Positions 51,963 to 64,000 of a DNA stretch of 64,000 bases are shown piece after piece; position 1 is the stretch's first letter, and every line of letters begins with the position of its first letter. The notes under the pieces were generated by a model. The model was not told the DNA's origin. It did no database searches and was given only the letters and a program-made list of their open reading frames with translations. The position numbers and the translations under genes are program-made. The stretch covers positions 9,940,461 through 10,004,460 of the forward strand of contig CM082596.2 in the NCBI GenBank assembly GCA_040954595.2. Reading direction: 5' to 3'. This stretch comes from Balanoglossus misakiensis (taxonomy: Eukaryota > Animalia > Hemichordata).

Positions 51963-52724
51963 ATACTGATTTCTAGTAACACAACTTATGGGGGCGCTCT
52001 TTCTAATGCTACTGACAAACTTTTGTTATGAGGGCGCAATTCAGGTTTCGGCGTGCGAATTTCTTTTACATGCATGACAAAATATATTTTCAGAAAGCGA
52101 AATATTTTTTTCTTCGCGGCGGAAATGAAGCTATCCCACAATTCCCGTAAATGAGGACGTTACAGGAGTGCATAAATCCAACAAACACATGAGATGGCTA
52201 TCTATCCACAGTGCAATGTTTACAGATTGTATCTACTATACTACGACCCGGGCAGACAAATCCGGACAATCTCGCCGACGTATCGTAGACCTTTGAATGA
52301 CGCTGTCGATCAAATTGAATACAAGATCTAGGGGAGTCGGTCCGTGGGAGAAATCGGCCAGGTGCGAACTTGGCTCGTAGGATCGTTTAAATTAAAGTCC
52401 TTTAAATTATGTTTCGTGTATGCTTCACATTTTACGTGTACAGTAAACCACAGTGCTGCTCTGTCCCTGTCCCTAGGCAGTTTGTGGAGTGACCGTGGTA
52501 CAGTCGCCGCCGTTTAATCAGGACACCATGAGTTATATATAGCCGCTCTAGAAAACATGACCTCAGACAGGTCCCTCAGGACCGTGCCTCCAATTCAACG
52601 ATCACGTAGATGGACGCGCTGCCGCTTATGAGGTCACCGGGGAGCTTTCCAAAGTGGTCGCGTGGAGCTGCTTCAGTCCGTCCTCGACGTGAAACACCCG
52701 AAATTGGAAGGGATAGTCGGTTAA

Positions 52725-53072
52725 AGGGACAAAGTCTCTCTCTCGCTGGCCTTTTTCCATTAATTATGTTTGATACAAGACGCCGTTTATGTTATTCTAC
52801 ATGTGGATATATGGTGAATCAACATTCGACCACACACAACTTCCATCTCGTTTGTAGGATATAAGAGTAAAACCTCGCCCAAAATGAATAAATTGTAAAA
52901 AACAAATATTCATTATGGCGAGTTTTTTTCACTCTCCTGTCTATAAGAGGTATGGAAGTTGTGTGTGGTTGAATGTTCATTCACTATGTATCCACATGTA
53001 GAATAACAAACGTTGTCTTTTATCAAATATAATTAATGGCAAAAAGGGCAGCGAGAGAGAGACTTTGTCCCT
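52725..53072. mobile_element. 348-bp palindromic Kolobok-type MITE, copy 2
   Basis: TTAA-flanked duplicate of 46557-46904. Confidence 0.88.
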
Positions 53073-53930
53073 TTAATCGAATTTAAAGGACTTTAATTTA
53101 AACGATCCTACGAGCCAAGTTCGCACCTGGCCGATTTCTCCCACGGACCGACTCCCCTGGATCTTGTATTCAATTTGATCGACAGCGTCATTCAAAGGTC
53201 TACGATACGTCGGCGAGATTGTCCGGATTTGTCTGCCCGGGTCGTAGTAGATACAATCTGTAAACATTGCACTGTGGATAGATAGCCATCTCATCTGTTT
53301 GTTGGATTTATGTACTCCTGTAACGTCCTCATGTACGGGAATTGTGGGATAGCTTCATTTCCGCCGCGAAGAATAAAATATTTTGCTTTCTGAAAATATA
53401 TTTTGTCATGCATGTAAAAGAAATTCGCCCGCCGAAACCTGAATTGCGCCCTCATGAAAAAGTTTATTAGTAGCAATAGAAAGAGCGCCCCCATAAGTTG
53501 TGTAACTAGAAATTAGATAAAAATATATTTACATCTGTAAAATAAAATTTTCACCCGCGAAAAGTAATGTTACTTAAAAGAAGTTTTACAAAATTAAATA
53601 TTTCTTTCCGGAAATAAAATAATTCTATGTAGTATAGATAATTTTATCTCAAGTCTTAAAAGTTTATTTTGGAAAAAAGTCTTAAAATTTTAGTCTCGGG
53701 AAAAAATAAAATTGGCTTTCGGAAATTAAACTTTTGTTCTCTAAAATAGGAGTTGTGTAAAGTAAAATTATAGTTTTACTGTCAAAATTAAAAAGTTTAC
53801 TCCACTGAAATTGAAATTGTGTGCGTCAAAATTATAGTTGCCTTCACGAAAACTTTATTTTACTTTTGGGAGGAGATATTGTCTATAATTTTGAAAGTTT
53901 AACTTTCAAAATAATATTTTAGGCCTGACA

Positions 53931-56900
53931 TGATTTTCACCCATGATTGTTTTCAAAAATCGACGAAATTTTGAGATTTTGCAAAGTCGAAAATTTGTCA
54001 TTTTTTGATGATTTTCACCCATGATTTTTTTCTTTTCAAAAATCGACAAATTTTGAGATTTTGCAAAGTCGAAAATTTGTCATTTTTTGATGATATTCAC
54101 CCATGTTTTTTTCAAAAATCGACGAAATTTTGAGATTTTGCAAAGTCGAAAATTTGTCATTTTTTGATGATTTTTACCCATGACTTTTTCAAAAATCGAC
54201 CAAATTTTGGGATTTTGCAAAGACGAAAATTTGTCATTTTTTGATGATTTTCACCCATGATTTTTCTCAAAAATCGACGAAATTTAGAGATTTTGCAAGG
54301 TCGAAAATTTGTCATTTTTTGATGATTTTCACCCATGATTTTTTTCAAAAATCGACGAAATTTTGAGATTTCGCAAAGTCGAAAATTTGTCATTTTTTGA
54401 TGATTTTTACCCATGATTTTTTTTTTAAAAATCGACTAAATTTTGGGATTTTGCAAAGACGAAAATTTGTCATTTTTTGATGATTTTCACCCATGATTTT
54501 TCTCAAAAATCGACGAAATTTTGAGATTTTGCAAAGTCGAAAATTTGTCATTTTTTGATGATTTTCACCCATGATTTTTTTCAAAAATCGACGAAATTTG
54601 AGATTTTGCAAATTCGAAAATTTGTAATTTTTTGTTGATTTTCACCCTTTTTTTTCAAAAATCAACGAACCCATGATTTTTTTTCAAAAATCGACAAAAT
54701 TTTGAGATTTTGCAAAGCCGAAAATTTGTCATTTTTTGATGATTTTCACCCATGATTTTTCTCAAAAATCGACGAAATTTTGAGATTTTGCAAAGTCGAA
54801 AATTTGTCATTTTTTGATGATTTTTACCCATGACTTTTTCAAAAATCGACCAAATTTTGGGATTTTGCAAAGACGAAAATTTGTCATTTTTTGATGATTT
54901 TCACCCATGATTTTTCTCAAAAATCGACGAAATTTAGAGATTTTGCAAGGTCGAAAATTTGTCATTTTTTGATGATTTTCACCCATGATTTTTTTCAAAA
55001 ATCGACGAAATTTTGAGATTTCGCAAAGTCGAAAATTTGTCATTTTTTGATGATTTTTACCCATGATTTTTTTTTTAAAAATCGACTAAATTTTGGGATT
55101 TTGCAAAGACGAAAATTTGTCATTTTTTGATGATTTTCACCCATGATTTTTCTCAAAAATCGACGAAATTTTGAGATTTTGCAAAGTCGAAAATTTGTCA
55201 TTTTTTGATGATTTTCACCCATGATTTTTTTCAAAAATCGACGAAATTTGAGATTTTGCAAATTCGAAAATTTGTAATTTTTTGTTGATTTTCACCCTTT
55301 TTTTTCAAAAATCAACGAACCCATGATTTTTTTTCAAAAATCGACAAAATTTTGAGATTTTGCAAAGCCGAAAATTTGTCATTTTTTGATGATTTTCACC
55401 CATGATTTTTCTCAAAAATCGACGAAATTTTGAGATTTTGCAAAGTCGAAAATTTTTCATTTTTTGATGATTTTCACTCACGATTTTTTTCAAAAATCTA
55501 CGAAATTTTGAGATTTTGCAAAGTCGAAAATTTGTCATTTTTTGATGATTTTTACCCATGATTTTTTTTTTCAAAAATCGACTAAATTTTGGGATTTTGC
55601 AAAGACGAAAATTTGTCATTTTTTGATGATTTTCACCCATGATTTTTCTCAAAAATCGACGAAATTTTGAGATTTTGCAAAGTCGAAAATTTGTCATTTT
55701 TTGATGATTTTCACCCATGATTTTTTTCAAAAATCGACGAAATTTGAGATTTTGCAAATTCGAAAATTTGTAATTTTTTGTTGATTTTCACCCTTTTTTT
55801 TCAAAAATCAACGAACCCATGATTTTTTTTCAAAAATCGACAAAATTTTGAGATTTTGCAAAGCCGAAAATTTGTCATTTTTTGATGATTTTCACCCATG
55901 ATTTTTCTCAAAAATCGACGAAATTTTGAGATTTTGCAAAGTCGAAAATTTTTCATTTTTTGATGATTTTCACTCATGATTTTTTTCAAAAATCTACGAA
56001 ATTTTGAGATTTTGCAAAGTCGAAAATTTGTCATTTTTTGATGATTTTCACCCATGATTTTTTTGAAAAAATCTGCGAAATTTTGAGATTTTGCAAAGTC
56101 GAAAATTTGTCATTTATTAATGATTTTCACCCATGATTTTTTTCAAAAATCGACGAAATTTGAGATTTTGCAAATTCGAAAATTTCTAATTTTTTGATGA
56201 TTTTCACCCATGATTTTTTTTTCAAAAATCGACAAAATTTTGAGATTTTGCAAAGTCGAAAATGTGTCATTTTTTGATGATTTTCACCCAAGATTTTTTT
56301 CAAAAATCGACGAAATTTGAGATTTTGCAAAGTCGAAAATTTGTCATTTTTTGATGATTTTTACCCATGATTTTTTTTTTCAAAAATCGACCAAATTTTG
56401 AGATTTTGCAAAGCCGAAAATTTGTCATTTTTTGATGATTTTCACCCATGATTTTTCTCAAAAATCGACGAAATTTTGAGATTTTGCAAAGTCGAAAATT
56501 TTTCATTTTTTGATGATTTTCACCCATGATTTTTCTCAAAAATCGACGAAATTTTGAGATTTTGCAAAGTCGAAAATTTGTCATTTTTTGATGATTTTCA
56601 CCCATGTTTTTTTTCAAAATTGAACGAACCCATGATTTTTTTCAAAAATCGACAAAATTTTGAGATTTTGCAAAGTAGAAAATTTGTCATTTTTTGATGA
56701 TTTTCACCCATGATTTTTTTCAAAAATCGACGAAATTTTAAGATTTTGCAAAGTCGAAAATTTGTCATTTTTTGATGATTTTCACCCATGATTTTTTTTT
56801 CAAAAACCGACAAAATTTTGAGATTTTGCAAAGTCGAAAATTTGTCATTTTTTGATTATTTTCACCCATGATTTTTTTCAAAAATCGACAAAATTTTTAG

Positions 56901-59900
56901 ATTTTGCAAAGTCGAAAATTTGTCATTTTTTGATGATTTTCACCATGATTTTTTTTTAAAAAATCGACGAAATTTTGAGATTTTGCAAAGTCGAAAATTT
57001 GTCATTTTTTGATGATTTTCACCCATGATTTTTTTCAAAAATCGACGAAATTTGAGATTTTGCAAAGTCGAAAATTTGTCATTTTTTTGATGATTTTCAC
57101 CCATGATTTTTTTCAAAAATCGACGAAATTTTGAGATTTTGCAAATTCGAAAATTTGTAATTTTTTGATGATTTTCACCCATGTTTTTTTTCAAAAATCA
57201 ACGAACCCATGATTTTTTTTCAAAAATCGACCAAATTTTGGGATTTTGCAAAGACGAAAATTTGTCATTTTTTGATGATTTTCACCCATGATTTTTCTCA
57301 AAAATCGACGAAATTTTGAGATTTTGCAAAGTCGAAAATTTGTCATTTTTTGATGATTTTCACCCATGATTTTTTTCAATAATCGACGAAATTTGAGATT
57401 TTGCAAATTCGAAAATTTGTAATTTTTTGTTGATTTTCACCCTTTTTTTTCAAAAATCAACGAACCCATGATTTTTTTTCAAAAATCGACAAAATTTTGA
57501 GATTTTGCATAGCCGAAAATTTGTCATTTTTTGATGATTTTCACCCATGTTTTTTTTCAAAATTGAACGAACCCATGATTTTTTTCAAAAATCGACGAAA
57601 TTTTGAGATTTTGCAAAGTAGAAAATTTGTCATTTTTTGATGATTTTCACCCATGATTTTTTTCAAAAATCGACGAAATTTTGAGATTTTGCAAAGTCGA
57701 AAATTTGTCATTTTTTGATGATTTTCACCCATGATTTTTTTTTCAAAAACCGACAAAATTTTGAGATTTTGCAAAGTCGAAAATTTGTCATTTTTTGATT
57801 ATTTTCACCCATGATTTTTTTCAAAAATCGACAAAATTTTTAGATTTTGCAAAGTCGAAAATTTGTCATTTTTTGATGATTTTCACGATGATTTTTTTTT
57901 TAAAAATCGACGAAATTTTGAGATTTTGCAAAGTCGAAAATTTGTCATTTTTTGATGATTTTCACCCATGATTTTTTTCAAAAATCGACGAAATTTGAGA
58001 TTTTGCAAAGTCGAAAATTTGTCATTTTTTGATGATTTTCACCCATGATTTTTTTCAAAAATCGACGAAATTTTGAGATTTTGCAAATTCGAAAATTTGT
58101 AATTTTTTGATGATTTTCACCCATGTTTTTTTTCAAAAATCAACGAACCCATGATTTTTTTTCAAAAATCGACCAAATTTTGGGATTTTGCAAAGACGAA
58201 AATTTGTCATTTTTTGATGATTTTCACCCATGATTTTTTTTTCAAAAACCGACAAAATTTTGAGATTTTGCAAAGTCGAAAATTTGTCATTTTTTGATTA
58301 TTTTCACCCATGATTTTTTTCAAAAATCGACAAAATTTTTAGATTTTGCAAAGTCGAAAATTTGTCATTTTTTGATGATTTTCAAAATGATTTTTTTTTA
58401 AAAAATCGACGAAATTTTGAGATTTTGCAAAGTCGAAAATTTGTCATTTTTTGATGATTTTCACCCATGATTTTTTTCAAAAATCGACGAAATTTGAGAT
58501 TTTGCAAAGTCGAAAATTTGTCATTTTTTGATGATTTTCACCCATGATTTTTTTCAAAAATCGACGAAATTTTGAGATTTTGCAAATTCGAAAATTTGTA
58601 ATTTTTTGATGATTTTCACCCATGTTTTTTTTCAAAAATCAACGAACCCATGATTTTTTTTCAAAAATCGACCAAATTTTGGGATTTTGCAAAGACGAAA
58701 ATTTGTCATTTTTTGATGATTTTCACCCATGATTTTTCTCAAAAATCGACGAAATTTTGAGATTTTGCAAAGTCGAAAATTTGTCATTTTTTGATGATTT
58801 TCACCCATGATTTTTTTCAAAAATCGACGAAATTTGAGATTTTGCAAATTCGAAAATTTGTAATTTTTTGTTGATTTTCACCCTTTTTTTCAAAAATCAA
58901 CGATACCATGATTTTTTTTCAAAAATCGACAAAATTTTGAGATTTTGCATAGCCGAAAATTTGTCATTTTTTGATGATTTTCACCCATGATTTTTCTCAA
59001 AAATCGACGAAATTTTGAGATTTTGCAAAGTCGAAAATTTGTCATTTTTTGATGATTTTCACCCATGTTTTTTTTCAAAATTGAACGAACCCATGATTTT
59101 TTTCAAAAATCGACGAAATTTTGAGATTTTGCAAAGTAGAAAATTTGTCATTTTTTGATGATTTTCACCCATGATTTTTTTCAAAAATCGACGAAATTTT
59201 GAGATTTTGCAAAGTCGAAAATTTGTCATTTTTTGATGATTTTCACCCATGATTTTTTTTTCAAAAACCGACAAAATTTTGAGATTTTGCAAAGTCGAAA
59301 ATTTGTCATTTTTTGATTATTTTCACCCATGATTTTTTTCAAAAATCGACAAAATTTTTAGATTTTGCAAAGTCGAAAATTTGTCATTTTTTGATGATTT
59401 TCACCATGATTTTTTTTTAAAAAATCGACGAAATTTTGAGATTTTGCAAAGTCGAAAATTTGTCATTTTTTGATGATTTTCACCCATGATTTTTTTCAAA
59501 AATCGACGAAATTTGAGATTTTGCAAAGTCGAAAATTTGTCATTTTTTTGATGATTTTCACCCATGATTTTTTTCAAAAATCGACGAAATTTTGAGATTT
59601 TGCAAATTCGAAAATTTGTAATTTTTTGATGATTTTCACCCATGTTTTTTTTCAAAAATCAACGAACCCATGATTTTTTTTCAAAAATCGACCAAATTTT
59701 GGGATTTTGCAAAGACGAAAATTTGTCATTTTTTGATGATTTTCACCCATGATTTTTCTCAAAAATCGACGAAATTTTGAGATTTTGCAAAGTCGAAAAT
59801 TTGTCATTTTTTGATGATTTTCACCCATGATTTTTTTCAATAATCGACGAAATTTGAGATTTTGCAAATTCGAAAATTTGTAATTTTTTGTTGATTTTCA

Positions 59901-62900
59901 CCCTTTTTTTTCAAAAATCAACGAACCCATGATTTTTTTTCAAAAATCGACAAAATTTTGAGATTTTGCATAGCCGAAAATTTGTCATTTTTTGATGATT
60001 TTCACCCATGTTTTTTTTCAAAATTGAACGAACCCATGATTTTTTTCAAAAATCGACGAAATTTTGAGATTTTGCAAAGACGAAAATTTGTCATTTTTTG
60101 ATGATTTTCACCCATGATTTTTTTCAAAAATCGACGAAATTTTGAGATTTTGCAAAGTCGAAAATTTGTCATTTTTTGATGATTTTCACCCATGATTTTT
60201 TTTTCAAAAATCGACAAAATTTTTAGATTTTGCAAAGTCGAAAATTTGTCATTTTTTGATGATTTTCAAAATGATTTTTTTTTAAAAAATCGACGAAATT
60301 TTGAGATTTTGCAAAGTCGAAAATTTGTCATTTTTTGATGATTTTCACCCATGATTTTTTTCAAAAATCGACGAAATTTGAGATTTTGCAAAGTCGAAAA
60401 TTTGTCATTTTTTGATGATTTTCACCCATGATTTTTTTCAAAAATCGACGAAATTTTGAGATTTTGCAAATTCGAAAATTTGTAATTTTTTGATGATTTT
60501 CACCCATGTTTTTTTTCAAAAATCAACGAACCCATGATTTTTTTTCAAAAATCGACCAAATTTTGGGATTTTGCAAAGACGAAAATTTGTCATTTTTTGA
60601 TGATTTTCACCCATGATTTTTCTCAAAAATCGACGAAATTTTGAGATTTTGCAAAGTCGAAAATTTGTCATTTTTTGATGATTTTCACCCATGATTTTTT
60701 TCAAAAATCGACGAAATTTGAGATTTTGCAAATTCGAAAATTTGTAATTTTTTGTTGATTTTCACCCTTTTTTTCAAAAATCAACGATACCATGATTTTT
60801 TTTCAAAAATCGACAAAATTTTGAGATTTTGCATAGCCGAAAATTTGTCATTTTTTGATGATTTTCACCCATGATTTTTCTCAAAAATCGACGAAATTTT
60901 GAGATTTTGCAAAGTCGAAAATTTGTCATTTTTTGATGATTTTCACCCATGTTTTTTTTCAAAATTGAACGAACCCATGATTTTTTTCAAAAATCGACGA
61001 AATTTTGAGATTTTGCAAAGTAGAAAATTTGTCATTTTTTGATGATTTTCACCCATGATTTTTTTCAAAAATCGACGAAATTTTGAGATTTTGCAAAGTC
61101 GAAAATTTGTCATTTTTTGATGATTTTCACCCATGATTTTTTTTTCAAAAACCGACAAAATTTTGAGATTTTGCAAAGTCGAAAATTTGTCATTTTTTGA
61201 TTATTTTCACCCATGATTTTTTTCAAAAATCGACAAAATTTTTAGATTTTGCAAAGTCGAAAATTTGTCATTTTTTGATGATTTTCACCATGATTTTTTT
61301 TTTAAAAATCGACGAAATTTTGAGATTTTGCAAAGTCGAAAATTTGTCATTTTTTGATGATTTTCACCCATGATTTTTTTCAAAAATCGACGAAATTTGA
61401 GATTTTGCAAAGTCGAAAATTTGTCATTTTTTGATGATTTTCACCCATGATTTTTTTCAAAAATCGACAAAATTTTGAGATTTTGCAAAGTCGAAAATTT
61501 GTCATTTTTTGATTATTTTCACCCATGATTTTTTTCAAAAATCGACAAAATTTTTAGATTTTGCAAAGTCGAAAATTTGTCATTTTTTGATGATTTTCAC
61601 CATGATTTTTTTTTTAAAAATCGACGAAATTTTGAGATTTTGCAAAGTCGAAAATTTGTCATTTTTTGATGATTTTCACCCATGATTTTTTTCAAAAATC
61701 GACGAAATTTGAGATTTTGCAAAGTCGAAAATTTGTCATTTTTTGATGATTTTCACCCATGATTTTTCTCAAAAATCGACGAAATTTTGAGATTTTGCAA
61801 AGTCGAAAATTTGTCATTTTTTGATGATTTTCACCCATGATTTTTTTCAAAAATCGACGAAATTTTGAGATTTTGCAAAGTCGAAAATTTGTAATTTTTT
61901 GATGATTTTCACCCATGTTTTTTTTCAAAATTGAACGAACCCATGATTTTTTTCAAAAATCGACGAAATTTTGAGATTTTGCAAAGACGAAAATTTGTAA
62001 TTTTTTGATGATTTTCACCCATGTTTTTTTTCAAAATTGAACGAACCCATGATTTTTTTCAAAAATCGACGAAATTTTTAGATTTTGCAAAGTCGAAAAT
62101 TTGTAATTTTTTGATGATTTTTACCCATGATTTTTTTTTTCAAAAATCGACGAAATTTTGAGATTTTGCAAAGACGAAAATTTGTAATTTTTTGATGATT
62201 TTCACCCATGACTTTTTTTCAAAAATTTACGAAATTTTGAGATTTTGCAAAGTCGAAAATTTGTCATTTTTTGATGATTTTCACCAATGTTTTTTTTTTC
62301 AAAAATCGACGAAATTTTGAGATTTTGCAAATTCGAAAATTTGTAATTTTTTGATGATTTTCACCCATGTTTTTTTTCAAAAATCAACGAACCCATGATT
62401 TTTTTTTCAAAAAAGGACAACATTTTGAGATTTTGCAAAGTCGAACATTTGTCATTTTTTGATGATTTTCACCCATGATTTTTTTCAAAAATCGACGAAA
62501 TTTTGAGATTTTGGAAAGTCGAAAATTTGTCATTTTTTGATGATTTTCACCCATGATTTTTTTTCAAAAATTGACGAAATTTTGAGATTTTGCAAAGTCG
62601 AAAATTTGTCATTTATTAATGATTTTCACCCATGATTATTTTTCAAAAATCGACAAAATTTTGAGATTTTGCAAAGTCGAAAATTTGTAATTTTTTGATG
62701 ATTTTCACCCATGTTTTTTTTTCAAAATTGAACGAACCCATGATTTTTTTCAAAAATCGACAAAATTTTTAGATTTTGCAAAGTCGAAAATTTGTCATTT
62801 TTTGATGATTTTCACCCATGATTTTTTTTCAAAAATGTACGAAATTTTGAGATTTTGCAAAGTCGAAAATTTGTCATTTTTTGATGATTTTCACCCATGA

Positions 62901-64000
62901 TTTTTTTCAAAAATCGACAAAATTTTGAGATTTTGCAAAGACGAAAATTTGTCATTTTTTGATGATTTTCACCCATGATTTTTTTCAAAAGTCGACGAAA
63001 TTTTGAGATTTTGCAAAGACAAAAATTTTTCATTTTTTGATGATTTTCACCCGTGATTTTTTTCAAAAATCGACAAAATTTTGAGATTTTGCAAAGTCGA
63101 AAATTTGACATTTTTTGATGATTTTCACCCATGTTTTTTTTCAAAAATCAACGACCCATGATTTTTTTTCAAAAATCGACGAAATTTAGAGATTTTGCAA
63201 AGTCGAAAATTTGTCATTTCTTAATGATTTTCACCCATGTTTTTTTTTCAAAAATCGACAAAATTTTGAGATTTTGCAAAGTCGAAAATTTGTAATTTTT
63301 TGATGATTTTCACCAATGTTTTTTTTTAAAAATCAACGAACCCATGATTTTTTTCAAAAATTGACAACATTTTGAGATTTTGCAAAGTCGAAAATTTGTC
63401 ATTTTTTGATGATTTTCACCCATGATTTTTTTCAAAAATCGACGAAATTTTGAGATTTTGCAAAGTCGAAAATTTGTCATTTTTTGATGATTTTCACCCA
63501 TGATTTTTTTTTCAAAAACCGACAAAATTTTGAGATTTTGCAAAGTCGAAAATTTGTCATTTTTTGATTATTTTCACCCATGATTTTTTTCAAAAATCGA
63601 CAAAATTTTTAGATTTTGCAAAGTCGAAAATTTGTCATTTTTTGATGATTTTCACCATGATTTTTTTTTCAAAAATCGACGAAATTTTGAGATTTTGCAA
63701 AGTCGAAAATTTGTCATTTTTTGATGATTTTCACCCATGATTTTTTTCAAAAATCGACGAAATTTGAGATTTTGCAAAGTCGAAAATTTGTCATTTTTTG
63801 ATGATTTTCATCCATGATTTTTTTCAAAAGTCGACGAAATTTTGAGATTTTGCAAATTCGAAAATTTGTAATTTTTTGATGATTTTCACCCATGTTTTTT
63901 TTCAACAATCAACGAACCCATGATTTTTTTTTCAAAAATCGACCAAATTTTGGGATTTTGCAAATTCGAAAATTTCTAATTTTTTGATGATTTTCACCCA
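53931..64000 (+). repeat. 78-bp satellite, long T-rich array with local higher-order periods
   Basis: Continuous array to the window end; matching spurious ORFs at offsets 650, 1884 and 2461 bp. Confidence 0.97.

Larger units (their letters stand above)
51069..53930. mobile_element. Foldback element, copy 2 (near-identical, offset 6168 bp)
   Basis: ORF pairs 46442/52610 and 46905/53073 are offset by 6168. Confidence 0.85.

Noticed and set aside
37640-63543. K/F-rich repetitive ORFs (KIMGENHQKMTNFRLCKISKFRRFL)
   Set aside because: The 78-bp monomer is divisible by 3; frames break at every homopolymer length change.
37608-64000. CRISPR-like regular repeats
   Set aside because: No unique spacers, no cas genes, and a eukaryotic context.

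Overview
A repeat-dominated eukaryotic (metazoan, probably marine-invertebrate; inference) window with no convincing intact host gene. (1) 1-~12440: a ~196-bp satellite arranged as a 17-monomer, 3262-bp higher-order repeat. (2) ~12440-37600: an island of transposable elements. It holds a tRNA-SINE, Kolobok-, Academ- and Tc1/pogo-type non-autonomous elements, a duplicated 2-kb block, and a decayed Gmr1-type Gypsy LTR retrotransposon (LTR 19150-20446, tRNA-Pro PBS, order gag-PR-IN-RT). (3) ~37610-64000: a 78-bp satellite that switches orientation, carries a Helentron-type non-autonomous insertion, and contains two tandem 6.17-kb foldback units. The highlight is an apparently intact 5474-bp DNA transposon (22558-28031) inserted cleanly in the Gypsy pol gene with a 3-bp ACA target-site duplication. 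Its ends are bipartite and RSS-like (CACT[G/A]C, a 20-nt unconserved spacer, then TGGGCAGTATT). It encodes a predicted spliced ~894-aa transposase with RAG1/Transib/Chapaev-type core motifs but apparently no core zinc ligands, and a convergent 216-aa protein I do not recognise, in the position RAG2L takes in ProtoRAG. Family assignments come from motif recognition by eye; no searches were run.
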